From: Klebsiella pneumoniae
Lineage (GTDB): Bacteria > Pseudomonadota > Gammaproteobacteria > Burkholderiales > UBA3065
Direction: 5' to 3'
Assembly (NCBI GenBank): GCA_945897555.1
Contig: CAMDGF010000001.1
Location: 54,866-118,865 of the forward strand
DNA: 64,000 bases
Under the pieces are notes generated by a model. It did not search any database. It saw only the letters and a program-made list of their open reading frames with translations, and was not told the origin of the DNA. Each line of letters begins with the position of its first letter. Position 1 is the first letter of the stretch. Below, one piece after another: positions 33,520 to 43,886 of this stretch. The position numbers and the translations under genes are program-made.

Positions 33520-34332
33520 ATGACCAGCCCGCCGATCGACCGTCGACACCCGCAAGCCGACCGCCGCCGCCGCGGTCGCCGCGCCAGCGACCAGCGCACG
33601 CTGCTTGCCAGATTGCCCCATTCAAGGTCGCTCGGACAACTCAAGGCAGCCTGCTCGCAATGCTCCTTGCAAGAACTTTGCCTGCCGGCTGGCGTCGACA
33701 TGCTCGACCTGGCGCGCATCGACCAACTCACGCAGAAACGACAACGCATCCTGCGTCACCAAGCGTTGTACAAGGCTGGCGACCCGTTCCACTCGATCTA
33801 TGCCGTACGTGCCGGCTTCTTCAAGACCGAGGGCGGCATCGGCGATGGCCGCGATCAGATCACCGGCTTCCAGATGGCTGGCGAACTCATCGGGCTGGAT
33901 GGCATCAGCAGCGGCCGCCATGCATGCTCGGCGGTGGCGCTGGAGGATAGCGAGGTCTGCATCATCCCGTTCAGCGAGATGGAGACGCTGGCACGTGCCG
34001 TGCCAGCGCTGCAACGCAGCCTGCACCGGTTGATGAGCCGGGAGATGGTGCAAGATCACAGACTGCTTGCCCTGCTCGGCACCGGCACCGCGGAACAGCG
34101 CATCACCGCCTTCCTGGCCGACCTTTCGGCGCGTCTCGCCCTGCGTGGCTATGCGGCATCCGAGTTCGTACTGCGCATGACCCGCGAGGAGATCGGCCGG
34201 CATCTGGGCCTTACCCTGGAGACCGTGAGCCGCACCCTGTCACGCCTACAGCGGCGGGGCACCATCCGCGTACAACAACGGCTGGTGCGCATCATCGACC
34301 CGGAGGCGCTGGCGGGACGCGTGCCGGTTTGA
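33520..34332 (+). CDS. fnr: FNR/CRP-family oxygen-responsive regulator (FnrL type)
   Basis: N-terminal C-x2-C-x5-C (CSQCSLQELC) plus a central Cys (GRHACS), as in 4Fe-4S FNR. C-terminal HTH (REEIGRHLGLTLETVSRTL). Confidence 0.85.
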   Translation: MTSPPIDRRHPQADRRRRGRRASDQRTLLARLPHSRSLGQLKAACSQCSLQELCLPAGVDMLDLARIDQLTQKRQRILRHQALYKAGDPFHSIYAVRAGFFKTEGGIGDGRDQITGFQMAGELIGLDGISSGRHACSAVALEDSEVCIIPFSEMETLARAVPALQRSLHRLMSREMVQDHRLLALLGTGTAEQRITAFLADLSARLALRGYAASEFVLRMTREEIGRHLGLTLETVSRTLSRLQRRGTIRVQQRLVRIIDPEALAGRVPV

Positions 34333-34386
34333 GTGCTTGCGGAACAGCCGTCGGCTGGCCGCCACGCAAAGGTCGACGCTCTAGGC

Positions 34387-34415
34387 TTGAAATTCGCCGC
34401 CCTCATCCTTACTAT
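34387..34415 (+). promoter_or_regulatory. sigma-70-type promoter TTGAAA-N17-TACTAT for groESL
   Basis: Hexamers read at 34387-34392 and 34410-34415, immediately abutting the CIRCE element. Confidence 0.55.
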
Positions 34416-34441
34416 TAGCACTCGCTGACGCTGAGTGCTAA
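34415..34441 (+). promoter_or_regulatory. CIRCE operator (HrcA binding site) TTAGCACTC-N9-GAGTGCTAA
   Basis: Perfect match to the CIRCE consensus, 54 nt upstream of the groES ATG. Confidence 0.9.
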
Positions 34442-34494
34442 CACCCGGCGCCAGATCCCTTTTTTCCCACCCTCAATCACACACGGAGAAGACC

Positions 34495-34785
34495 ATGAAG
34501 ATCCGTCCCCTGCACGATCGCGTCATCGTCAAGCGCCTCGAGGAAGAGCGCAAGTCGGCTGGCGGCATCGTCATCCCGGACAGTGCCACCGAGAAGCCGG
34601 TGCGCGGCAAGATCATCGCTGCTGGCAACGGCAAGATCCTCGAGAACGGCGATGTCCGCCCGCTCGCGGTCAAGGTCGGCGATGAAGTGCTGTTCGGCAA
34701 GTACAGCGGCACCGAGGTCAAGATCGACGGCGAAGAGCTGCTGGTGATGCGCGAAGAGGACATCGTCGGCGTCATCGAGGGCTGA
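34495..34785 (+). CDS. groES: co-chaperonin GroES
   Basis: 96 aa ([14 protein letters not shown]...). Confidence 0.95.
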   Translation: MKIRPLHDRVIVKRLEEERKSAGGIVIPDSATEKPVRGKIIAAGNGKILENGDVRPLAVKVGDEVLFGKYSGTEVKIDGEELLVMREEDIVGVIEG

Positions 34786-34827
34786 GCCCTTCACGCGATC
34801 CGGCCGGCATCGTCGGGCCGCTGATGA

Positions 34828-36522
<1,695 letters not shown>

Positions 36523-36563
36523 ATCCCGCTGGCGGTGGCCATGGCCGCCGTCGAGCCGTCCGG

Positions 36564-36601
36564 CAAACAAAAGACCCCGCCATGGCGGGGTCTTTTGTTT
36601 G
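36564..36601. terminator. bidirectional rho-independent terminator
   Basis: CAAACAAAAGACCCCGCC-AT-GGCGGGGTCTTTTGTTTG has A- and T-tracts on both sides. It lies between groEL and the convergent beta-propeller gene. Confidence 0.85.
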
Positions 36602-36613
36602 GGCAAGAGATCC

Positions 36614-37672
36614 CTACGGCTGGTCCAGTGAACCCATCGACCGAGGATAAGTGACGATGCCCCACGGCATATCAAAGCCATCAAGCCGCTGCGTCACCTC
36701 CAGGGAAGCCACGTCGATCGTCAGCACCTCGTTGGACTTGCCGCAAGCAAGAAGGATCTGCCGGTCATCAGGGGTAAAGGTGAAGTGCCAGCAGCGGCCA
36801 CCGGTGGCCACTTCGCCGAGCTTGTCGAAGGTGCTGGCATCGAATACCTCGAGCTTCTTGTCCTGACTGGCGGCCACGTAGAGCCGTTCGCCCTTGCGAT
36901 CGAAGGCGACGCCATAGGGCGCCTTGCCTGTTTCCACAACCTTGACCACCTTGAATTCGCTGTCCATGACCATGAACTTGTTGCCGACCTCCAGCGTGGC
37001 CACGTAGGTCTTGCCGTCGGGTGATGCCTTGATGCCGCGCGGACGGTTGCCATACTCGGAGGTCTTGATGGTTTTGAGCAGCTTGCGACTGGCGATATCG
37101 TGCACCGTCACCGTGTTGTCGGCCTCGTTGGTGACGATGAGTCGTTTGCCATCCTTGCTGAACTCGATGCCCTCGGTCTCCGGGCCACCCACGATGTCTC
37201 CGACTTTCTTGTTCTTTTTGAGGTCGAGCACAGCGATCCGCGCTGGCTCCTCATCACCGTCGTCATCGCCCTTGGCAGGCGCCTCGCCCGGCTTGGGTGG
37301 AGGCCCGGCCTTGGCACTCGGCTCATAGGACACGAAGGCTCGGTCACCGCGGATGCGCACGAACTCGGGGTTCTTGCCGACCTTGATGTGGCCCACCTCG
37401 GCGCCGGTCACCGCGTCGAGGAGGGTCACGCCGCCGGTCTCGCGAGTGGCCACCACCAGTCGCTTGCCGTCCCGCGTCACGCCGATGCCGCGAGGCCCTT
37501 TGCCGGCCAGATCGAAGCTGCCGGTGGTCTGCAAAGTCGCCAGATCGAGCACGCTGACACCCGTGTTCTGGCTGGTGACGTACGCCTGGTCTGCGCCCAC
37601 TGGGGTCGCAGCGAAGGCAGCCAGCAGAGCGGCGGCGATGACAGCAGGGCGGGATGCACGGGTGTGGAACAT
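36614..37672 (-). CDS. secreted YVTN-type beta-propeller repeat protein
   Basis: 352 aa with a signal peptide. Repeated units of the form G..P.GI..s.DGk.lyVa. Confidence 0.75.
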   Translation of the reverse strand: MFHTRASRPAVIAAALLAAFAATPVGADQAYVTSQNTGVSVLDLATLQTTGSFDLAGKGPRGIGVTRDGKRLVVATRETGGVTLLDAVTGAEVGHIKVGKNPEFVRIRGDRAFVSYEPSAKAGPPPKPGEAPAKGDDDGDEEPARIAVLDLKKNKKVGDIVGGPETEGIEFSKDGKRLIVTNEADNTVTVHDIASRKLLKTIKTSEYGNRPRGIKASPDGKTYVATLEVGNKFMVMDSEFKVVKVVETGKAPYGVAFDRKGERLYVAASQDKKLEVFDASTFDKLGEVATGGRCWHFTFTPDDRQILLACGKSNEVLTIDVASLEVTQRLDGFDMPWGIVTYPRSMGSLDQP

Positions 37673-37784
37673 GCTGGGTCTCCGTAGGTAGCGTTCGGCT
37701 GCACAAGAGCAGAAACGTGTCGGGGCCGGGCGGTCGCCGACAGCGTCAGGCGCGGCAGTATAGAGTCAGGTCACGATGCGCGGC

Positions 37785-38852
37785 TCATCGTTGCATGCTG
37801 CTGGCCGCACGGTCGGGAATATCACCCGCTGCCAGCAACCCTGCTTCGACCTTGCGCTCGATACTCTGGGCAAAGGTCTGCATGCCCCACGCCTGACCCG
37901 TCTGCATGGCACTCTCGAGTTGGTTCAGGCGCGACTCGCGGATCAAGTTGCGCAAAGCGGGGGTGGCCACACCGACCTCATGGACAGCGATGCGACCACC
38001 ACCGATGCGTGGCAACAAGCGCTGACAGACCACAGCGGCCAGACTGGCCGCCAGCGAGTTGCGCACCAGATCGCGCTCGCCCGACGGGAACACCCCGACC
38101 AAGCGGTCGAGTGCCGAGGCCACGTCGCGCGAGTGCAGAGTGGCAAGCACCAGATGGCCGGTCTCGGCAGCGGCGAGTGCCAGCCGCATGCTCTCAAGGT
38201 CGCGCAATTCTCCAACCAGGATCACATCCGGGTCCTCGCGCAGGGCCGCACGCAGGGCACTGGCAAAATCGGTCGAGTCAGCGCCGACCTCGCGCTGGCT
38301 CACCAGCGCGCGCCGCGACGCATGCACGAACTCCACCGGATCCTCGACTGTGATGATGTGCGCCGGGCGTTTCTGGTTGATCGCATCGACGAGTGCTGCG
38401 AGCGTGGTCGACTTGCCGCTGCCGGTGGCCCCACACACCAACATCAGGCCTTCGTCCAAGCCAGACAAGCGCTCGAACACCGCCGGCGCACCCAGTTCCT
38501 CGAGACTCGGGACTGCCAAGGGGATGCGCCGTAGCACCAGCGCCGACCCGCGCCGCTGACGAAAGGCGTTGACACGGAAACGTGCACAGCCAAGGCCCGG
38601 CAGGTCCCCGCACCAGACGCCATCGGCATCGCCCCGCCGAGCGAGTCGGCTCACGAGCTGCGGCGTCAGCAAATCGACCAGTGCTGCCTCCACGGCGGCG
38701 GCCTCGAACCGCTCGGCACCGGGGAGCGGCTCAAGAGCCCCGTCGATGCGCATGCGCGGCACTTCGCCGGCCGACAGATGCAGATCGGAAGCACCGGCGC
38801 GGACAGCCGTCGCGAGCAGTCGTGGGACATCCCAAGTACACTCGACCATCAT
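37785..38852 (-). CDS. pilT: type IV pilus twitching-motility ATPase
   Basis: Start at MMVECTWDVPRLLATAVRAGASDLHLSAG. Walker A GATGSGKST. The track ORF extends 111 nt further upstream. Confidence 0.85.
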   Translation of the reverse strand: MMVECTWDVPRLLATAVRAGASDLHLSAGEVPRMRIDGALEPLPGAERFEAAAVEAALVDLLTPQLVSRLARRGDADGVWCGDLPGLGCARFRVNAFRQRRGSALVLRRIPLAVPSLEELGAPAVFERLSGLDEGLMLVCGATGSGKSTTLAALVDAINQKRPAHIITVEDPVEFVHASRRALVSQREVGADSTDFASALRAALREDPDVILVGELRDLESMRLALAAAETGHLVLATLHSRDVASALDRLVGVFPSGERDLVRNSLAASLAAVVCQRLLPRIGGGRIAVHEVGVATPALRNLIRESRLNQLESAMQTGQAWGMQTFAQSIERKVEAGLLAAGDIPDRAASSMQR

Positions 38853-39582
38853 GTCGGACACTGTTGCTCCCCACCCTGTCGTGGCTGTGCGCGCCGCGCT
38901 GGATGCCGCCACCCGCGCAGCCGGTCGCGACCCGGCTGCGGTCACGCTGGTGGCCGTTGCCAAGACCTTTCCGCCCGATGCCGTGCGCGCCGCCCATGCT
39001 GCGGGACAGCGCCACTTTGGCGAGAATTACGTGCAGGAAGGCTGCGCCAAGATCGATGCACTGGGCGACCTCGAAGAGGTAGTCTGGCATTTCATCGGAC
39101 CGCTGCAATCCAACAAATCACGGATGGTCGCCGAGCGCTTCGACTGGGTGCACAGCATCGACCGTGAGAGCATCGCCCGTCGCCTGTCTGAGCAGCGGCC
39201 GGTGGGCCGAGCACCGCTTCGGGTCTGCCTGCAGGTCAACGTGAGCGGCGAGGAAAGCAAGAGCGGCATCGAGCCGGGTGATGTGCGTCCGCTGGCGCGC
39301 GCGGTCGCTGCCATGCCCCACCTCGAACTGCGCGGCCTGATGGCCATCCCTGCGCCCAGCGACGACCCGGCCAAGCAACGTGCGCCCTTCGCGGCACTGC
39401 GCCTGCTCCGTGATGAACTCGCGCGCGATGGCATCGACCTGCCCGACCTTTCCATCGGCATGTCAGCCGACTACCCTGCCGCAGTGCAGGAGGGTGCCAC
39501 GCTGGTACGTATCGGTTCTGCTATCTTCGGTGCGCGTCAGCCGCGCCCCGCGGCGCCCGGCAGCGACGAGGCAGCCGCATGA
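38851..39582 (+). CDS. yggS: YggS-family pyridoxal-phosphate homeostasis protein
   Basis: Start at MSDTVAPHP. VAVAKT (PLP lysine) and HFGENYVQE motifs. Confidence 0.85.
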   Translation: MSDTVAPHPVVAVRAALDAATRAAGRDPAAVTLVAVAKTFPPDAVRAAHAAGQRHFGENYVQEGCAKIDALGDLEEVVWHFIGPLQSNKSRMVAERFDWVHSIDRESIARRLSEQRPVGRAPLRVCLQVNVSGEESKSGIEPGDVRPLARAVAAMPHLELRGLMAIPAPSDDPAKQRAPFAALRLLRDELARDGIDLPDLSIGMSADYPAAVQEGATLVRIGSAIFGARQPRPAAPGSDEAAA

Positions 39583-40406
39583 GCAACCGCGGTATCGTCC
39601 GTTTCATCGGTGGCGGCAATATGGCGTCGGCCCTCATCGGCGGCCTGCTGCGCACCGGGCATCCGGCGACGGCTGTCCAAGTGGTCGAACCGGATGCCGC
39701 TGCGCGCGACCGCCTCACGCGGGAGTTCAAGATCGACGCGCACGCCGACAGCGCCGGAATGTCCCCCTGCGCAGTCGCCGTGATGGCCGTCAAACCTCAA
39801 GTGCTGCGCGACGTCGCTCAAGCCCATGCCACCACGCTAGCCGATGCGCTGGTGATCTCGGTGGCGGCCGGCATCCGCCTGACCGACCTCGCGCGATGGC
39901 TCGGCGGCCACACCCGCATCGTGCGCGCCATGCCCAACACTCCGGCACTGGTTGGCGAAGGTGTCACCGGTCTGGCTGCCTGCCCGGGCCTCGCCGACAT
40001 CGACCGCACCGCGGCTCAGGCCTTGTTCGACGCGGTCGGAAGCACGCTCTGGGTGGACGACGACGCTGGCATCGACCTCGTCACTGCCATCAGCGGGAGC
40101 GGGCCTGCCTACATGATGCTCATGGCCGAATCGCTCACCGCAGCGGGCGTGGACGAGGGTCTCGACCCCGCCCAAGCCCAAGCACTGGCACTCGACACCA
40201 TGGCAGGCGCCGTGGCGCTCATGCGCGCCTCCACCGACACCCCCGCCACGCTGCGCGCGCGCGTCACCTCGCCCGGCGGCACCACTGAGCGCGGCATCGC
40301 CGCGTTGCAGGGTGGCAACTTCGCAACGCTCGTCGCGGCAGCCGTGAGAGCTGCCCGCATGCGCGCAGCAGAACTGGGCGACTCCCTCGGCAAGGACCCG
40401 GCATGA
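39579..40406 (+). CDS. proC: pyrroline-5-carboxylate reductase
   Basis: 275 aa. FIGGGNMA and VTSPGGTTE motifs. ATGA overlap with yggS. Confidence 0.9.
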   Translation: MSNRGIVRFIGGGNMASALIGGLLRTGHPATAVQVVEPDAAARDRLTREFKIDAHADSAGMSPCAVAVMAVKPQVLRDVAQAHATTLADALVISVAAGIRLTDLARWLGGHTRIVRAMPNTPALVGEGVTGLAACPGLADIDRTAAQALFDAVGSTLWVDDDAGIDLVTAISGSGPAYMMLMAESLTAAGVDEGLDPAQAQALALDTMAGAVALMRASTDTPATLRARVTSPGGTTERGIAALQGGNFATLVAAAVRAARMRAAELGDSLGKDPA

Positions 40407-40960
40407 CCACGCAACTGCTGCTCTTCCTCGTCAACAACCTCATCGCCCTGTTTGCCACGGCACTCATGCTGCGTTTCATGCTGCATTGGGTGCAGGCGCC
40501 GCTGAGCAACCCGGTCGGGCATCTGCTGCGCACGCTCACTGATTGGCTGGTGCGGCCATTGCGAAGGGTGTCTGGCGCCCAGCGCAGCGACCTCGGCATG
40601 CTGCTCGTCGTCTGGCTGTTGCTGGTGCTCAAGGTGTGGGTCACTGGCGTCCTGACCATACCGGTCTACACGCCACTGGCGATGGCGGCAATGGGCGTCT
40701 CGGGCGTCCTCAAACTCTGGGTCCAGGTGCTCTGGGTGGCCATCATCGCCATGGCCATCCTGAGCTGGTTCGCGCCGCGCAACGACATCATGCCGATGCT
40801 GCACCTGCTCTGTGAGCCGGTGCTGGCGCCTATCCGGCGCATCCTGCCGGCCACCGGCGGCCTCGACCTGTCACCCTTGGTGGCGCTGCTGCTCGGCCAG
40901 GCACTGCTCACCATCGTGTTGCCCACGCTCGAACACAACCTGCTCCGAACGCTGCTCTAA
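40403..40960 (+). CDS. yggT: YggT family membrane protein
   Basis: 185-aa multi-TM protein. ATGA overlap with proC. Part of the conserved yggS-proC-yggT order. Confidence 0.8.
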   Translation: MTTQLLLFLVNNLIALFATALMLRFMLHWVQAPLSNPVGHLLRTLTDWLVRPLRRVSGAQRSDLGMLLVVWLLLVLKVWVTGVLTIPVYTPLAMAAMGVSGVLKLWVQVLWVAIIAMAILSWFAPRNDIMPMLHLLCEPVLAPIRRILPATGGLDLSPLVALLLGQALLTIVLPTLEHNLLRTLL

Positions 40961-40973
40961 GCGCTGTGGGTGC

Positions 40974-43310
40974 TTACTTGTCGGTCATCACCCAGACACC
41001 GTCCCACTCACCCTCCGGCGGGGTGGCTTTAAGCAGCTCGCAGCGCTCGATGTAGGTCTTGCTGAGCTTGTCCTTGGGGTTGTACGAAAGCGCTTTCTCG
41101 AAAGCGGCAACGGCATCGTCCCAACGGCCTGCCCGGTAGCGCGCAAGGCCTTCGGTGAAGTTGCCGAGCACGTCCATCATGTTGGGGAAGCTGTCGGGTG
41201 TGTGGTAGTCCAGCACCTCGTAGATGCTCACCGGCTGGGTCTTGCCCTTCACCACCACCAGATCGACCTCGCGCATGCGGTAGATGCCGCGCAGCTTGGC
41301 CTGCGTGAACTCGGAGATGAGGATCTTGGCCGAATACTGCTTGCAAGCGGATTCGAGACGAGCCGCAAGGTTGACGCCATCCCCGATGACGGTGAAGTCC
41401 ATGCGCTTCTTGGAGCCGATGTTGCCGCTCACCACCACATCGGTGTTGAGGCCGATGCCGATGTGGACGGGCAGCTTGCCCTCGGACTCGCGCACGACGT
41501 TCCACTCGTTGAGCTCACGGATCATCCACACCGAGGCGCGCACGGCCCGATCCTCGTCGTCGTCGTGCGCCAGCGGGATGCCAAAGCCCGCCATGATGGC
41601 GTCGCCGATGAACTTGTCGAGCATGCCACCCTCGCGGGTGATGCAGTCGACCATGATCTCAAAGTACTCGTTGAGCAGCGTCACCGTGGCCTGCGGCCCG
41701 AGCGCCTCGGTGAGCGTGGTGAAGCCGCGGATGTCGGAGAAGAGCAAGGTGGCGACCACGCTCTGCCCGCCCATCGCCTCGCCACCCTTGGCCATCAGCT
41801 GATCGGCGATGGCCGGGTCGACGTAGCGCGACATGGTCGACTTCATCCGCTTCTCGGACGAGATGTCTTCAAACATGACCATGGTGCCGAGGTGCCCGCC
41901 TTCGACGTTGGTCAGAGGCAGGATCGTTGTGTTCACCGAGACGTGCTCACCCTCGATGGTCATTTCAGCGTCCATGGTGATGTCTGGCTCGGATTCCGCG
42001 GTGAGCTTGCGCGCCTTCTCCATCACCCACGCATTGGCCTCGGTAAAGATCTCCTCGGCCTTGCGGCCGATGATGTCTTCGACACGCTGCTTGAGGATCT
42101 TCGATCCGGCGCTGTTGCAGGTGACCACCTTCTCGGTCTCATCCAGCGTGATCACGCCGTTGCTCATCGACTCGAGCATCGACTCGTTGTAGTTCTTCAT
42201 GTTCTGCACGTCGGCGAACAAGCTGGCGTTCTCCAGCGAGATCGCGATCTGCGCAGTGAATGCCTTGAGTCGGGATTCATCTTCGCCAGTGAAGACACCG
42301 TTCTTCTTGTTCAGCACCTGGGTGACGCCGATCACCTTGCCCTTCTGGTTGATGATCGGCACACAGAGGATGCTGCGGGTGAAGAACCCCGACTTCTTGT
42401 CGAATGCCGGGTTGAAGCGCAGGTCGGCGTAGGCGTGCGGGATGTTGATGGTCTTGCCGCTGCTGAACACCGCTCCGGCGATGCCCGCGGTGTTGGGCAG
42501 GCGGATCTGCATCGAGCCGAGCCCCTGCCCGACCTGCGACCACAAGGTCTGCGTCTTTTCGTCGTTGAGGAACAGCGTGCTGCGCTCGGCGTTGAGCATG
42601 CGCGTCGCCTCGGTCATCACCTTGTTGAGCAGCGAGTCGATCTTGATGTCGGAGGTGAGGTCGCTCACCACCTCGAGGAACTCGAGTTCCTGCTCACGGA
42701 TGCGTTTCATCCGCTCGACCAGCGCCATGCTCTCGAGGCCGAGCGCGCCCTGCGTGGTGATGGCCGCGAACAGTTCCTGATCCTGCTTGGTGAACTTGCC
42801 GATCTTCTTGTTCAGCGCCTGCGCAACACCGATGAGCTCGCCCTTGGCGTTGCGGATGGGCACACAGAGGATGCTTTGCGTCTTGTAGCCGGTGCGCTGA
42901 TCGACCGAGCTGTCAAAGCGCTTGTCCTTGTAGGCGTCGTGGATGATCGCCGGCTCGCCGTTATGGTAGACCCAGCCGGCGACACCACGGTCGTTCATCA
43001 GGCGGATCTCCTGCGTCAGGTTGCCCTGCGCGACCCGGCTGTAAAGCTCGTTGGTGGCCGGGTCGTTGAGGAACAGCGTGCTGCGATCGGCCTCCAGCTG
43101 TTCGGTGCTGACCTCGACCAGCAAGTGCAGGATCTGGTCGAGCGAGTCCATCGCCGCGACCTTCTCGGAGATCGACAGCAGCAGCCGCAGCAGGCTCTCC
43201 TGCCAGGTCTTGCCAACCATCGCCACCGAATAGGCGGACGAGTGTGCCGACTTGGCGGCAGGGGTCCGACTACGCGTCTTGGGGGTGCTTGGGGGCTTGG
43301 TCGTGGTCAT
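40974..43310 (-). CDS. GAF-GAF-PAS class III adenylate/guanylate cyclase with a C-terminal TPR-like tail
   Basis: 778 aa. Cyclase core FSDIRGFTTLTE...DKFIGDAIMAGFG...GDGVNLAARLES. Confidence 0.85.
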   Translation of the reverse strand: MTTTKPPSTPKTRSRTPAAKSAHSSAYSVAMVGKTWQESLLRLLLSISEKVAAMDSLDQILHLLVEVSTEQLEADRSTLFLNDPATNELYSRVAQGNLTQEIRLMNDRGVAGWVYHNGEPAIIHDAYKDKRFDSSVDQRTGYKTQSILCVPIRNAKGELIGVAQALNKKIGKFTKQDQELFAAITTQGALGLESMALVERMKRIREQELEFLEVVSDLTSDIKIDSLLNKVMTEATRMLNAERSTLFLNDEKTQTLWSQVGQGLGSMQIRLPNTAGIAGAVFSSGKTINIPHAYADLRFNPAFDKKSGFFTRSILCVPIINQKGKVIGVTQVLNKKNGVFTGEDESRLKAFTAQIAISLENASLFADVQNMKNYNESMLESMSNGVITLDETEKVVTCNSAGSKILKQRVEDIIGRKAEEIFTEANAWVMEKARKLTAESEPDITMDAEMTIEGEHVSVNTTILPLTNVEGGHLGTMVMFEDISSEKRMKSTMSRYVDPAIADQLMAKGGEAMGGQSVVATLLFSDIRGFTTLTEALGPQATVTLLNEYFEIMVDCITREGGMLDKFIGDAIMAGFGIPLAHDDDEDRAVRASVWMIRELNEWNVVRESEGKLPVHIGIGLNTDVVVSGNIGSKKRMDFTVIGDGVNLAARLESACKQYSAKILISEFTQAKLRGIYRMREVDLVVVKGKTQPVSIYEVLDYHTPDSFPNMMDVLGNFTEGLARYRAGRWDDAVAAFEKALSYNPKDKLSKTYIERCELLKATPPEGEWDGVWVMTDK

Positions 43311-43849
43311 TTGCGCATCTGTTCAATGGAGTCGCGCATCGCCTGCACGGTGTTCTTGAGTTGAAGATTCTCGGCCTCGATGCGCTGAATGGCTGATTGC
43401 ACCGTCTGGTCGCGCTCGGCGCGCTCGGCGTCGAGCCGGTCGCGCATCGACTGGGCCAGTTCGCGCATCTGCTTGAGTTCGGCAGCATACCGTTGCGTGG
43501 TGGACTGTATCGCCTCTTCGGTGGCGCGGTGTGCCGCCTCGAGCGCGTCGCGCATGGTCTGCACCGTCTCGCGCAGTTGCCGCATCTCGTCGGCTTGCGC
43601 TGCGACGGCAGCCTGCACATGACTCTCCTCCTGCCGTCGCTGCGCCTCCAGCGAGTCACGCATGGCCGCAATGGTCGCCTTGAGTTGGGCGACCTCGCGA
43701 TCGTGGCGCAACTGCAGATCTTCGAAAGACACCGTTGTGTCCGGCGCTACGCTAGTAGACACTGTTGCCCTGATGGAGGCGTGAGGATTCCTAAGATATC
43801 CGGTCGTTGCTTGATTTAGCAAGGCTCGTCCCGATCTGTCATCGGTCAC
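43307..43849 (-). CDS. coiled-coil protein with four internal (V/A)Q(A/T/S)MRD-x-(L/I)(E/D) repeats, function unknown
   Basis: The ORF stop overlaps the cyclase ATG (ATGA) and the repeat part has high GC3. The start is uncertain: GTG at 43849, with alternative GTGs at 43762 and 43732. Confidence 0.55.
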   Translation of the reverse strand: MTDDRSGRALLNQATTGYLRNPHASIRATVSTSVAPDTTVSFEDLQLRHDREVAQLKATIAAMRDSLEAQRRQEESHVQAAVAAQADEMRQLRETVQTMRDALEAAHRATEEAIQSTTQRYAAELKQMRELAQSMRDRLDAERAERDQTVQSAIQRIEAENLQLKNTVQAMRDSIEQMRK

Positions 43850-43886
43850 TGATCGATCTTGTTAAAAGCCGTTCACGGGAGTCGCC

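Noticed and set aside
34386-34410. Sigma-32 heat-shock promoter at groES (CTTGAAA...CCTCAT)
   Set aside because: The spacer between CTTGAAA and the CCTCAT-like element is only about 8 nt, against the required 13-15. The sigma-70-type TTGAAA-N17-TACTAT plus CIRCE explains the region better.
40812-43364. 850-aa plus-strand ORF
   Set aside because: It is antisense to the GAF-GAF-PAS cyclase gene. It has no recognisable domains and is a GC-driven artefact.
43860-43877. TGT-N12-ACG motif upstream of the OYE reductase / coiled-coil ORF
   Set aside because: It is a single imperfect site. Roughly a hundred such 5-of-6 matches would be expected by chance in 64 kb, and there is no paired site.
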